The notes beneath the pieces were generated by a model. The model did no database searches, was not told the DNA's origin, and saw only the letters and a program-made list of their open reading frames with translations. Positions 40,437-53,091 of a DNA stretch of 64,000 bases are shown here, one piece after another. The position numbers were made by a program, and so were the translations under genes. This DNA comes from the human T2T-CHM13v2.0 reference genome, Homo sapiens, in the NCBI RefSeq assembly GCF_009914755.1, contig NC_060929.1, one strand, 5' to 3'. Each line of letters opens with the position of its first letter. The stretch's first letter is position 1.

Positions 40437-43400
40437 TAATATCAAGAGTACATACCCTCAATGGTTAAGATGGTAAATGTTATATATATCTTATCAAAAT
40501 AAAAAATTGAAAACAAAATATGTGCTATCAGCATGACATATGACTTCCTATTTATGATCCTAACATTGATCACCTAGCTAGGATAATGCTTGCCAGTTTT
40601 CTCCACTGTAAAGTTACTTTTCCCATACTGCTCTTTGGAAGCAAGTCATCGAGTATAGCCCATTATCTAGGGGTAGGGAGTTATTCTCCACTTCCTTGAG
40701 TGGGGAATATCAGCTTACATTATTTGGCATGATGTTGAGCATCTTTTCATATACTTTGCCATTTGTATGTTTCTTTGGTGAGGTATCTGTTCAGATCTTT
40801 TGCCCATTTTGGAGAATTGTTCCTTATCTTATTGTTGAGTTTTAAGAGTTTGTTGTATATCTGGATATACATTCTTTATAAGATACATGATTTGCAAATG
40901 TTAAGTAGGTGGCTTATCTTCTAATTCTCTCAACAGTGTTTTCTGCAGAGCAAAAGTTTTTAATAAAGCCCAACTGATTATTTTTTTTCTGTCATGGATC
41001 ATGTTTTTGATATGTGATATGTGAAAACTTATCACCAAATCCAAGGTCCTTCAGATTTTCTCCTTTCTTCTAGATGTTTATAGTTTTGCCTTTGTCATTT
41101 AAATATATGATCCATTTTGAGTTAATTTTTATGTAAAGTGTGAGGTCTGTGTTAAGGTTCATTTTTTTTGGTAGTGAATGTCCAATTTTTCCACCACCAT
41201 ATGCTGAAAAGTTTATCCTGTTTCCATTAAATTACTTCTGCATCTTTGTCAAAAATCAGTTGACTCTATTAGCATGGGTGATATATGGGCTTGCTATTCT
41301 ATCTCATTAATATGTGTGCTTATTCTTTTGCCAATACCAAGCTACCTTGATTATTATAGCTTTACATTAAATCTTGAAAATAGGTAATGTGAATCTTTCA
41401 GCTTTTATCTTTTTTTCCAGAATTGTGCTGGTTATTCTAGTACTTTTGCCTTTCCATATAAATTCTAGAATCTGTTTGTTAATATCTACAAAAAGAGCTA
41501 GCCTGGATTTTGATTGGGATTGCATTGTATCTATAGACCAAATTGGAAATAATTAACATTTTAACAATATTAAGTCTTCCAATTAATGGATATTGACTGA
41601 TTATCTTTACATTTATTTAGATCTTTGATTTCTTTTATCATGTTATAGTTTTCCACATGCAGACTCTGTAAAAATTTTGCTGGATTTATATTAAATTACT
41701 TCATAAAAAATGAAATTCTTTCAAGATATTTATTAATAACACATTCTTCCACTCTTTAACAGTCTTCATCATTTTGTTTTAAAGATTAAACTTATTTCAA
41801 AAGTAGTCATGTAAACCAATTATACTTAAATAACGCTTTTATAAAGAATCTCTTAAATCTTATGTGTCTTCTTTCTTGGGAAAAGAGTAGCATTGCTATA
41901 ATAGCATTGTTTTCTTATTCTTTCTAAAATTAGCTGTTTTCAGGATTAATAGTTATTTTAAAATCTTGATTTTTACAAGTTTGTTAAGATAGAAATATGA
42001 GACTTTAAAATTTGTTTTCAGTTTCAAATGGATTATTTTATACCAAAAATCATTTGTTAACAAGTGTTCTTATAATAAAGATTCTAAAAGTAATCTTTAG
42101 CTCACAAATGAACTTTGTACTTAAAGATTTTAAAAAATTTTAATGACATTTATATAATAAATATTAACTTTAATCCCTAAGTTTTCTATCACTGAAATAT
42201 ATGCTTTCTTTATTCTTGGACATCTTAGATCATCTGATGTTGAAAGCTCCCCTGAACTGGATTTCCTGGAGGAAAAGCCTGTGACCATGGGCACGTAGGG
42301 AGTGTCCTCCTATGGCTGTGGGCCCCAACACCCCTCACTTTCAAGCTTGTCCATACCCAGTCTCCAGCAATTTGTCAAAAACACCTTTTGGTTTTCATAC
42401 CAGCTTATGACATCTAGCAGCTTCTGTTTCAAATAAATGTATATCGGGAGCTATATTCCTCTGGCTGTACCCAGCTCTCCACATTTCAGGGTGGTGATTT
42501 GCTCTGCAACCTTGGTTCTCTGACGGGTTCAAGAAAAGTCCTTGATTTTTAAGTTTCTCCAGTTTTTTGTTCTTCTTGTAAATACAGAGTAACGTATTAA
42601 AAGCTCTTAACATCTCAGAGCTGAAACTACAAGCCTGGTTTATACTTTTTAACTGCTTTGCAGTTCCATTTTTCCAGTGAGTTTTCATCATCTGTTAAAT
42701 GGTTGTACTGTTCATTTCCCTTTTTATTCTGACGATATCGAGCACAATCTATTTTTGTTGTTACTCAAAGTTGATTGACTTGACTTTTCTTAGACTATTA
42801 GCATGAAGTTCCCGTGGGAGATGGTGGCGGGAGAAGCCTGGGTAGTTTTACAAACCTCTTAGCTCAGAGTTCCTTTAGTTGCTGTAACTATAGTCTATTT
42901 CCACAGAATATGGTTCTCCTGTATGTTGGGGCTTCTCTGAATCTCAGAATATCATCTGGTTCAGGAGAAGTTCCAGGGTCACTCCTGGGACTGCCAAGTT
43001 TCTTCACAGGCTGGCTGAGAGACAACTATCATCCAGGGACTTCTGCTTGCCAGGCGGCTGAGTCATTTTTAAGAGTATTTTCTGAGATCTGCTCCATTGT
43101 GGTTGCCCTGGGTACTTGCTGGAACTTTTTTCTTTACTTTCCACAAAAAAGTAGAGTTGCATCTCAGCCCCCTCAAGTCAGTTTGGTCACTGGGGCCTTT
43201 TTTTTTGCCCCGGAAAGTGAGTATTTGCTAAATCACTGTTATAATAGGAATGCCCTAGACATCCTGTCTCCCCCTGTTGCACCGTCACAGCTTCTTATGG
43301 CCTGGCTTGGATTTTGGTATCATTACATATATTTTAGAGATTGCTGATTTTTTCTGAGTCTAGTTTCCCTGAAAACGAGAGAATGAGAGAGTGAGAAAGA

Positions 43401-43734
43401 GAGAAATAGGAAATGCACTTTATTCTTTTTGGTTTCCTGAAGCAGAAACCAAAAGATTCAGAATAAAGCTACTTCCATATTTCTATCAATATGTTTATTT
43501 AAAACCCCTTCAAATCAGACATTATTTTAAGTTTGATAAAATAAGTATTTGTTTACATTTACCAATGTATATACTTATTGTTCCTTCTTTCATCTTAGAC
43601 TCTTTTTTGGACTCATTTTGCTTAAAGTATTGGCTTTATAATTTTCTTTACTTAGTTTCTATTGGAAGTAAATTCTCAGAAATTATGAAAGATAATTTTC
43701 TTAATATAAAAAATTTACAAAAATTCTTAAAGTA

Positions 43735-45767
43735 AACTCTACACTTAGTGTTGAAATATTGAACACATGTGCTCTGAGTTTTGGAACATAACAAGAGGTT
43801 ACCTCATTGTTTCACCAGTTCCATTCAACATTGTTCTTCGATGTCTTAGAGAAATAGGGCAATAAAATTAAATATATACAAGATGCAAGCCTTAAAAAGA
43901 GAAGAGTAAAGCTGTTATTATTCATAGATCATACAGTGCTGTACACGGAAAATTCAAAGGAATCTATAAACAGAACTGATAAGCAAAATTTGCAAGGCAG
44001 CTGGATAAAAGTAAATATACAAAAATCAATTTTGTTTGTATATACTAGCATCAAATACCAGAAAATGAAGTTTATGATATTATAAAGAATTAAATAGCTC
44101 AGAATAAGTCAAAGGAAGATTATACAAGACCTCAATATGAAAAACTACAAAACTTTGCTGAGAGAAATTAATAAGACTTAAATAAATAGACAAGTTCTCT
44201 GTGTTCATGGATCATAGTACTCAACATTGCTGACAGTTTGATTTTATATAAATTGTCCCACAGGCTCAGTGCAATCTCAATCTAAATTCAAGGTTACATT
44301 TTGTTGGAAATTGACAAGTTGGTACTATCCTTTACATGAAAATGAAAAGGACCTCAAATAGCCAATAACATCTTGAAGATGAACAAAGTGGGAAGACTCA
44401 AACTATGAGGTATTAAGACTTACTATAAAGCTATAGTATTAAGACAGTGTGATACTGGTGAAAGAATAGAAAAATGCAACAATGGAAAAAAAGTAGTCTA
44501 GAAACAGTCACATCCAAATGGTTTAACAGATTTACAATGAAGGCATTACTGCTATTGAGTGGGGGTAACATGGTATTTTCAATAAATTATACTAAGTCAA
44601 TTGAATATATATGATAAAAATGAACCATGACTCTTCATGCCACACACAAAAATTTATTTAGAATGGCAATAACTTAGAGATCTCATTGTGACAGATAAAA
44701 CAACAAAGATTTTAGAATATAACATGAGAGGAGATTTTAATCACTTTGGGACAGACAAATATCTCAACAGAGCAAAATACAAAACCATAAAAAGATTGGT
44801 ATCGAACTATACTGAAATTAAAAACTTTTGTACACCAAATAATACCATTAGGAGAATGAAAAGGCAACCTACACAGTGGGAGAAGATATTTTCAGAATAT
44901 GAATCCAACAAATAATTCTTATATCTAGAATTTGTAAAGAACTTATACAAGCCATCAAAAAGAAAAGAGATGATCTGATACAACAAAAAAGATAGCAGGA
45001 GCTATCTTTTATTTAAATATGAATAAACATGAAAATATAAGCAAATTCATCGACCAATAGCAGAATAATAATCAAAACCAGAATGAGATATCACAACAAC
45101 CAAGTTTGCTTAAATAAAAAAGATAAAAAATACTAAGTTTTGACTAGGATGGGGAGAAATTGGAATTCTCCTATACTGTTGATGGGAGTATAAATCAGTG
45201 TAACCATTTTGTAAGACTGGCAGTGTTTACTAAAACTGATATATGCATTCCTATGATACTGCAATTACACTTATAGATATATACCCTATAGAAATAGGTG
45301 GATATTTTCATCAAAAGACATGCACAAGAAATTTCAGAGCAGAACTTTTTGTGGAGGCTGAAAAATGGGAACTACCCAAATGCCCTTTGAGTATAGAATG
45401 AATAAATAAATAGTGGTATGGAATGGATACATTTTGGAATTCTATACCACATTGAGGTTCAATCATCAACAATAAAAAAAGCTATATAGCAAAGATGTAC
45501 CCTATGACTAATTTATATCGATACAAAACTAGGCAAAACTAATCTGTGCTATTTTAAGTCAGATGGTGCTTATCCTGGGATGAATTGGGTTCGAGTAGTG
45601 ACAGGAAGAGAGCATAAGGATGGCTTCTGGAATGTGTGTAATATTCTGTATCTTGTTCTGTGTGCTATTTACATGAGTTTGTTCAGTTTGTAAAAATTCA
45701 TTGAGCTGATGCTTATGATTTGTATACTTTACTATATTTATTATTCTCCATATAATTTCCAAAAAAT
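43735..45767 (+). mobile_element. L1ME-type ORF2 3' half and 3'UTR
   Basis: ORF2 remnant IKNFCT..RMKRQPTQWEKIF (44688-44915); 3'UTR GGCAAAACTAATCT...AAAATTCATTGAGCTG. Confidence 0.85.
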
Positions 45768-45918
45768 CCCTTTGTGATAATCTACAAAATGTCTGTGTTG
45801 TTTGAAGGGCTTTTCAACCTACCTCCTCTGATGTGTCACAAAAAGCTGTAACAATCTTTGGGCTTCTTTCTCTATGTATTGCTTATTCTAGCTCTTTGGG
45901 ACAAAGAACAAAATAAAC

Positions 45919-46065
45919 TAGTGGTTTCTAAACTTGACTGTGCATCAGAAAGACCTTGGAGAGCTTTAGCAAAATTTAGATTTGCACTCTTGGGTAGAAC
46001 TAGGGAATCTATAACTAAAAAAAAATTCTCCAAGTAAATTTCATGCACAGACAGGTTTGGAACCT
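45919..46065. mobile_element. MER5B-like MITE
   Basis: TAGTGGTTTCTAAACTTGACTGTGCATCAGAA...GGTTTGGAACC. Confidence 0.55.
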
Positions 46066-46278
46066 TAAAGTTAAACTACTTTAAAGAGTCTCAGAGGAAT
46101 TCAGGCATAATGTTAGTTTATAATTCCACGGGTACAAGTCATTTTGATAAAATTCTGACCTTGGTTATTTCATGCCTGTGTACTGATTGGACTCTATGGA
46201 ATCCATATTAAATAGATAAAACTTAACTTGTTTTGATAGCACCACCCTAACAACTCAGAACCTTCTTTTAGAAAAAAA

Positions 46279-46383
46279 TTCAAATTATAATTAAATTAAA
46301 TTGCATAATTATAATTTCAAATTATAATTAAATTAAATTGCATAATTATAATTTCAAATTATAATTAAATTGCATAATTAAAT
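46279..46383 (+). repeat. 37-bp AT-rich minisatellite, ~2.8 copies
   Basis: unit CAAATTATAATTAAATTAAATTGCATAATTATAATTT starting at 46281, 46318, 46355. Confidence 0.95.
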
Positions 46384-46510
46384 TTCTCTAAGTCATGGTT
46401 TCTATATCTGTAATTGGAGGATAATACCTATCTCATATAGTTGTTATACAGATTAAATGGATATTAAAGCATTTAGCATAGCATAATGTCTGGCATATAA
46501 TAAATTTTTG
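46384..46510 (+). mobile_element. MIR 3' half
   Basis: GTTTCTATATCTGTAATTGGAGGATAATACCTATCTCATATAGTTGTT...GATTAAATG. Confidence 0.65.
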
Positions 46511-46599
46511 AATGAATTTTAAGGATCTCCATAAAAGTAAAAATGACATTTCTTAGTTAATTTGGAATTCTGCTTTTTTCATAGTAGTTAAATTGAAAT

Positions 46600-47460
46600 A
46601 CCAAGTTGATACAACTGCCCACTGGCATTAGGCATATTTTAGAGCTGTTTGTTTCAGCTCTGGTAATGAATTTGCACTCATCAGCCATGATCTCTTCAAG
46701 CTCCTAGTTTCCATTATCTTCATCCTTTTGTAAAATTACTGGCCAGTGTTAGGAGAGAATCCAGAGTACATGACCATGAGCAAACCAGCTTCTTCAAGTG
46801 CAAAATTAAATCTTCCCACTTTTTCTTAGCATCATGATTTAACCAATGAGCCAACCAGCCACAGGGAATTTAACAACCATGTAATTGGTATGAAATGCTC
46901 CACTAACTCAGAAGACCATTTTGGTCACATCTCCTTAATTTTTCAATTAATCACTTCAGTACCCAACTTTCTTATTTATCAGGAAACCAAGAATCTCCCT
47001 CTTGGGGTTTCCCTTTGCCTTTATTTTGTACAGAACTTCAGCATTGGACAGAGCAACAAAGCAGCTCATAGTTTTGCTCCAGTAAGAGAGAATCCTGGGG
47101 CCTTACCAGTCCCCTGCCATGATGTCTATTGCCACATAGTGTGAGTTTTGAGTTTTGTCCTGTTCCGTCAGAGAATTAGTATGGAATCACTGATGTCAAG
47201 AGTTCTATGTGACCCAGATTCCTGCAGAGGCTACTGTGGTTCTTTGATGTTGGACAATCCTTTAGTGCTGAGCTTGACTAAGAATACCCCAAATTGTCTG
47301 ATTTTTAGTGTCAATATATTTCAGCCCATTGTAAGCTATTTACCATTGTTCCAGGTAGTTAGCTCCAGAAGTTCTGAGACAGAATCACTTGTGGTATGTC
47401 TGTCACTATATAGAACCCAAACCACTATTCTGTTTTCCTACGTAAGTATCAACTCTTAAC
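46600..47460 (-). mobile_element. very old non-LTR (L3/CR1-like) endonuclease-region remnant
   Basis: frameshifted antisense peptides in APE order: GLGFYI, MVNSL.W, IMAGD, ETPRG, LINK, CDQ. Confidence 0.35.
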
Positions 47461-47879
47461 TCCAAAACACCTAATGTCTCTTTTTCACAGAGTATGGTGC
47501 TACTTGTTCAGCCTTCTAAAAAAGACTAACTTCCATGACTTTAGTCTTGGAAGGGTTTCATCTCTATACTTCTTGTATTCAACCTTCAAGAGCCATGGAA
47601 CTCAAGGAGAAGAAATGTTCCTCTGAGTCATCTGACTTCATGCTCTAAGGCTTGCCTTCCACATGCTAATTTTCTGCTTCTGCATCTATCTCTTCTCACT
47701 ATGATAGACAGTGGAGATAGTCTCTTCCTCCCAAGTAAACCACATTATCTACCCAGAGGATAATGTCTTTGTTCTTTGCATGGTACACGTAGAATGTAAT
47801 TCTCTATTACCAGTACAGTGTTATTTGGAATTTTTGGTTTAAATTACACAATCTATGGGAGAGCCTCTACACTACAGTT

Positions 47880-48066
47880 AGGTTGAGCATTGCTTGGTTT
47901 AGATACTTGATCTTTGGATTATGCTGTATTAATTTTTTAGAAATATAAATTCTTAGGTCCCATCCCAGATCTACTGAATTAGAAACTTTGAGTGTATATT
48001 CCAGTAATGTATTTCAACAAGCCCTCTGGGTGATCGTGATTAAAGCTACAGTTTGGGAACAACTAG
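47880..48066. mobile_element. MER5A MITE
   Basis: GGTCCCATCCCAGATCTACTGAATTAGAAACT...ACAAGCCCTCTGGGTGAT...AGTTTGGGAACAACT. Confidence 0.7.
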
Positions 48067-48239
48067 TCTAGACAGAAACATACTTTATAATTGTTTCTCC
48101 AGTGGGAGGTAAAGAGCTGACTCTATGTATTTGCTGTTGTCTTCTGACTGTCAGCAATTCTTCAAACGCAAATATACATATATGTTGCCTTTGGAATAAA
48201 CAATAGCTCATAGAAAACAGTGTAGTATAAACAGGGCTT

Positions 48240-48513
48240 TGGAGCTTTTTAAAAATCTGTACCTATTGGTGGTTCTGAGTTGGAGGGTCTTGCGATGCCC
48301 TATCTGAAATATACAGGAGGCAGTAAAAAGGCTTGGGGAGCTGACTGCTCTGTTGTTCCTTAGATCCTGACATCTCTAGGCAGTCTGATTTTTTTCTTTT
48401 TGGTTTTCAGCATCTTTCTATGTTTATTTGTTTTGCTATGTCCAGGGTTTTTTGTTGTAAGAGGACAGACCTGGGAGGAATGAACTTACTTCATCTTGGC
48501 AGAACTGGGAGTG
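48240..48513 (-). mobile_element. old L1M 5'UTR fragment
   Basis: CCAGGGTTTTTTGTTGTA...GGGAGGAAT...TCATCTTGGCAGAACTGGGAGT. Confidence 0.5.
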
Positions 48514-49147
48514 CTGTGATGCTTTTTATAATCAAATCATCATAGACTTGTGGTAGTGTTTCATATCTTTTCTTATTTTAGATTTATTTTTGTTACATAT
48601 TTGAAGAAAAATGTTGGATTAGAAATGGATATTTTGACCTATATTGAGATAATCTGAATTCAGATATAGTATGTAGTATTAATAGGCAATGAAATGGTTA
48701 AACTTTTTTTTTTTTCCCCAAGACTTTGTTACTTTTACTCCATGGTCTGTTGTCATGTCGCACCTGGGGAAGTGTATCATGAGAGCAGAACAAGAAGAGC
48801 ATCATAAAAAAAATAGTGATAGCAGCATTTCCTTTCATCTGGATGACAAACTCATGGCAAGGCTACACACCTTATGTACCTATAGAACTCATAAACAGGA
48901 AAATAAAATTTTTAAAATTCTTGGAAACACAATTTGGCAATGCAGGATGCCCTTGCCACTTTCACCATTCTGATGAATGAGAAAGATCTTGGTGAGCACT
49001 TTCATACTCTCAGGTCTTGGTTTCTACCTTAGTTGCAATACCTAGCATTCAGAAAGGAAGAGATTTTACCTGCATCTGATCAGTGCTAAAAAGGAACAGA
49101 TATCACAGTTCAGTTAGTGTGTAGTAGTTTCATGAGAAGCTATTTAA

Positions 49148-49715
49148 ATTCATAGAAAAATAGCTTCACCTGGTCTCCAAGACCATTCAGTCATTTGCTA
49201 GAAGGACTCACAGACTCAAAAAAGCTGTTATGCTCATGATTTATTAAAGTCATGACTTACTAGAGTGAAAGGATACTTATTAAAATAAGCAACAGAAAAA
49301 AGCACATAAGGCAAAGTCCAGGGAACACCAAATACCACCTGCTGATTGACTTTTTCAGTGAAGTCATATGGACAAATTTAATTTTTCAGCAATGTTGACT
49401 GACAACATGCACAGACTATTACCAACCTGGGAGGCTCACCTGAGCTTTGGTGTCCAGGGTTTTGGTTGCGGCTCAGTCACACAGGCAAAGTTGAGCGTCT
49501 GCATGGCTGACCTTAGTCTTTAGCCCCTTCCGAGGTCAAGTTGGTGTTGCATGGCCCAAGGCCTCACCATAAGCCACATCATTAGTATACATTATCTGGA
49601 GTGGCTCAAGGCCTCCAGGAAAACAGAGACACCCTTACCAGGCAAAATATTCCAAGGGCATAGAGGTTACCTTCCAGGAGATGGGTGAGGGACAAACTTT
49701 TCTTTGTTATGTAGA
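49148..49715 (-). mobile_element. MER77/MER21-family ERVL LTR
   Basis: CCAAGACC...GCTAGAAGGACTCACAG...GTGAAAGGATAC...GCTCACCTGAGCTTTGGTGTCCAGGG. Confidence 0.75.
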
Positions 49716-50377
49716 TGTACTTCTAATAAATTTAAAAAAATGGCTATAACAAATCCTTTAGCAAGTCATTTGGTTTCCAATTCTTTTCTTTTGAATAATT
49801 GTGAACTGATAAATCATTAAAACTGTTTCGGATGACAGATTAGTGTGTAATTTGCAGTATAAAATTCCTCTGATTTACTTTAATTTTTAGGTACATAAAG
49901 TTTTTCAGCACTTTTCTACCAAAAAAATAGAATAGAACTGATCTTGAAACTGTTTTGTCCTGGTAGTAGATGATACTCACCAATGGATAGAATACATAAG
50001 CTAAATTTTAAAGGCTCATTTATCACATAAAAATGCATTTCCAATACAATTTTAATTTTAAATGCATTAAATTTTAACCCTTAGAATTTTATAGTAACAT
50101 AACAAAATAAATTTTAATTATAAATAAACATTATAGAATCATTAATAAAATATTTTCAGGTATAAAATGATAGGGATTAAATGATGTGTTGAAAGTGGAA
50201 TGGAAATATAAATTCAAGTAGAAAAAATAATTAAAATCTCTGAAAGTTTGTTTATATAATTTTTAAATGAATAATAGTGAGTATTGTGATGCTATTTACA
50301 TTCTATTTGTACAGTTAAAAGAGGTACATAGCAATTTTATTTAAAAATATAAATATTTATAATATGCTATAAAGGAC

Positions 50378-50915
50378 TGTTGGGAGACCATTCTCCATAA
50401 ATCTCTCAAATTTCTACATGTCTAGGCACTATTAGCCAAATGTTCCAAGACTCTCTTTTTAGGAAGGCTCACATAAATAGATTGCCTTGGAAAGATAGAG
50501 AAGCGACTCCCTCTGGAGCAAATTTACTTATATTCCTAACATTAAAGATAGAGATACTTCCTTCCTTTTCACAGAAAGATTTGCTTGTATTTCAGGGAAA
50601 AAGGAATAATGCATCTCTCCAGTGGAGAGGATAGGCACATTTTCTAAAAGCCCCTATCTAACATCAGCCTCTCAGTCTCAGGGTTCTCCTATAATGTATC
50701 CCCACCATGTGTGCAGGCAATATCTGACCTCATGACACCACCCCGTGGAAAATGGAGCTTGGGGAAAAATGGTGCCAAGATGTTATTACTGCTGAAAGTA
50801 ATAACTGTCTAAATCCATCTGGACTCATTGCTTTCCTATCAACTGAATCTGTGGAAGTGTGGAAGACAACTTTGCAGCTGCCACCATGGTACTACTGCTT
50901 AGGTACTGCTTGACA
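50378..50915 (+). mobile_element. LTR40-family ERVL LTR
   Basis: TGTTGGGAGACCATTCTCCAT start; GCCTTGGAAAGATAGAGA..CTCCCTCTGGAGCAAA; TTGACA end. Confidence 0.75.
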
Positions 50916-51207
50916 GTAAATGACACATTTCTCAAATATTTAAACATATAAAACAATTTAAATGTGAACTTAAAAATCAAATGCAAAACAAAGACTGTTT
51001 TCTATATCTTTAGCCCCTATAATTGTGCCTGGCAGATATTGGGCACTAAAATATTTGTTAAAAGAATAAATAGAAGAATAAATGATTAAATCAGTGGCTA
51101 TAGGATTTTCTGATTCATTTTTGCCTCCAAAATGCCATGGACTGGGTAGCATATTAAATATCTCGATTATATCTAAGTGGAAGAGGATATTTAAGAATTA
51201 AATTTCA

Positions 51208-51500
51208 GATTTTTATTCATTCCTTTAACAATGTTTTTTGAATACCTGCTCTGTGTTGATTATTTACTAGGTACTGGAAAGCAAAAGTGATTAAGAAACA
51301 GTTATTTCCTTCAAGGAAGCCTAGTGGAAAATGCACAAATATAATGCAACATTATAATTGTTAAAATGGAGTCATATGCAAAATGTCAGGTGACTCCAAA
51401 GGTTATAATGCCTAATTTGCCTGAGGGACTAGGGAGACTTTCCAAAGGAAGTGAGGTTTCCAGCTCACTCTTGAATTGTAGGTAGAAGTTTGTTAGGGGG
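51208..51500 (-). mobile_element. L2 3' region
   Basis: TTATTCATTCCTTTAACAATG...GAATACCTGCTCTGTG...CCTTCAAGGAAGCC. Confidence 0.6.
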
Positions 51501-52267
51501 TGTGTGCTGGTTAGAGGGAGCAAAGGAGTGAGACATTTGGGGACATTAGTAAAGATGGGGCCTAGGTTTTAGTATAGTTTACTTTTAAATAAATAATCTT
51601 CAATATATTAGAAATATTTATGACTACAGCAATAATAATAACAATATGATAAGGATTGACTTAAAACCTGCAACTTTCAAAATAATCATTGTCCTTGTTT
51701 TTTTGATAATTCAGTTTTGATAAACCATTGAAGAGATCAACCTTCAAGACTTGGGTTTGAAAGCTCATATTTCACAAACTGGGTGTGTTAATGGCATTCC
51801 CAATGTCACTTTTTGCCTCTTGAGAATTCCTGCAGGGGAATTCCGGCTTCTTTGGAAGCAGCTTAGAGTTAACAAGCAGCCACCCAAGAGAAATAGATTA
51901 TAAGTCAAAGGCAGACACTTTGGTAAAGCCAAAATGAATGAGTAGCTGTAAGCTAAAGACTGTCATCCCTGTAATTCCACCTCGATTGTTATATCTGGCT
52001 TTTTGAGCTGCTGTTTACCTAAAACAGTCAGCTAAGTGAGACTTTATAACTCAAAAGTAAATTCTTTGAAAATTGAAGAACCTGAGGCCAAGAAATCTTA
52101 CCTTAGCAAACTTCTGGGTGGGGGCTGGGTTTTGTTAGAATAGCATTTTTTATAACATTTTTCAAGGGCTCAGTAATGTAATTCTACCTAGCATTTAACT
52201 TTGATTTTCTGCAAATACTTTAAGGTTGCTGATTTGTTTTAAAATAAGAGTTTAACATAACAGTCAC

Positions 52268-53091
52268 TCTGATGGCTAATACTGAGTGTCAACTCGATTA
52301 GATTGAAGGTTGTGAAGTATTGATCCTGGGTGTGTCTGTGAGAATGTTGCCAAAGGAGATTAACATTTGAGTCAGTGGACTGGGGAAGGCAGACCGGCCC
52401 TTAATCTGGTGGGAACAATCTAATCAGCTGCCAGCGAATATAAAGCAGGCAGAAAAACGTGAAGAGGTGAGACTGGCCTATCCTCCCAGCCTACATCTTT
52501 CTCCTGTGCTAGAGGCTTCCTGCCCTCAAACATCGGACTCCCAAGTTCTTCAGTTTTGAAACTCGGACTGGCTCTCCTTGCTCCAAGCTTGCAGACAGCC
52601 TACTGTGGGACCTTGTGATCATGTAAGTTAATATTTAATAAACTCCTCTCTCTATATATATTACATCAGTCAAGAGACATTTTAGGGAGCTGTAACAAAG
52701 GAACAAAATTAAACAAGATCCGAATTATCTTTTCTTGTACCCTAAGTGGTGTATTTTTGCCTCTCTCCTGTATGACAGTATGTATAATTTTGTCGGGTGC
52801 CAGGAACTAGAAAATCTCCCCTCTGTTGACAGATATAGTTTACCTGGAAAAGAGAATGTCAGTGATTCAAAGGGCATGAGCTCTCGCTGGCTCTCGTCTT
52901 CATTATGAGTTCTCCCTTGGGCAAAAGGTATAAAAGAGCACATCACTTACATACCTGAACCATAATGAAATTGCATGTTTTGAAAAGGTCAGAATGCATA
53001 TATCAGAAACCTATATTAGTCAGGGTTCCCTCAAGTGACAGAACTATATATCCTATTAGTTTTGTCCCTCTAGGGAACCCTGACTAATATA
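52268..53091 (+). mobile_element. MLT2A1 (HERV-L) solo LTR interrupted by ~385-bp inverted insertion
   Basis: GATGGCTAATACTGAGTGTCAAC start; GAACCCTGACTAATATA end; 5-bp TSD GTCAC at 52263-52267 and 53092-53096; ~438 bp after removing the insert. Confidence 0.93.

Larger units (their letters stand above)
39145..42637 (-). mobile_element. L1MC/MD-type element with 3' end, ORF2 remnant and 5'UTR, internally deleted
   Basis: 3'UTR ATTTACAGGAAAGTTGCAAAGA; ORF2 antisense 40728-41705; 5' end TTCTCTGACGGGTTCAAGAAAAGT...GAGCTGAAAC at 42280-42637. Confidence 0.7.
38325..43428 (-). mobile_element. HAL1-like element split by a nested L1 (38325-39140 and 42640-43428)
   Basis: TTTTCTCAAGAAAGACTCATGAGAATAATATTCC...TTGCTGTAGTGAAGAAATATGA resembles HAL1 antisense. 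Confidence 0.5.

Noticed and set aside
42814-43347. 177-aa ORF, the longest in the track
   Set aside because: GTG start, lies antisense within a HAL1/L1-like remnant, no recognisable protein
46279-46383. 37-bp repeats as a CRISPR-like array
   Set aside because: No spacers, eukaryotic context; simple tandem repeat
49730-50375. Possible hAT transposon remnant in very AT-rich DNA (also 2300-3200)
   Set aside because: Could not identify TIRs or a family with confidence
51835-51844. Perfect NF-kB site GGGGAATTCC
   Set aside because: A single 10-mer with no supporting cluster
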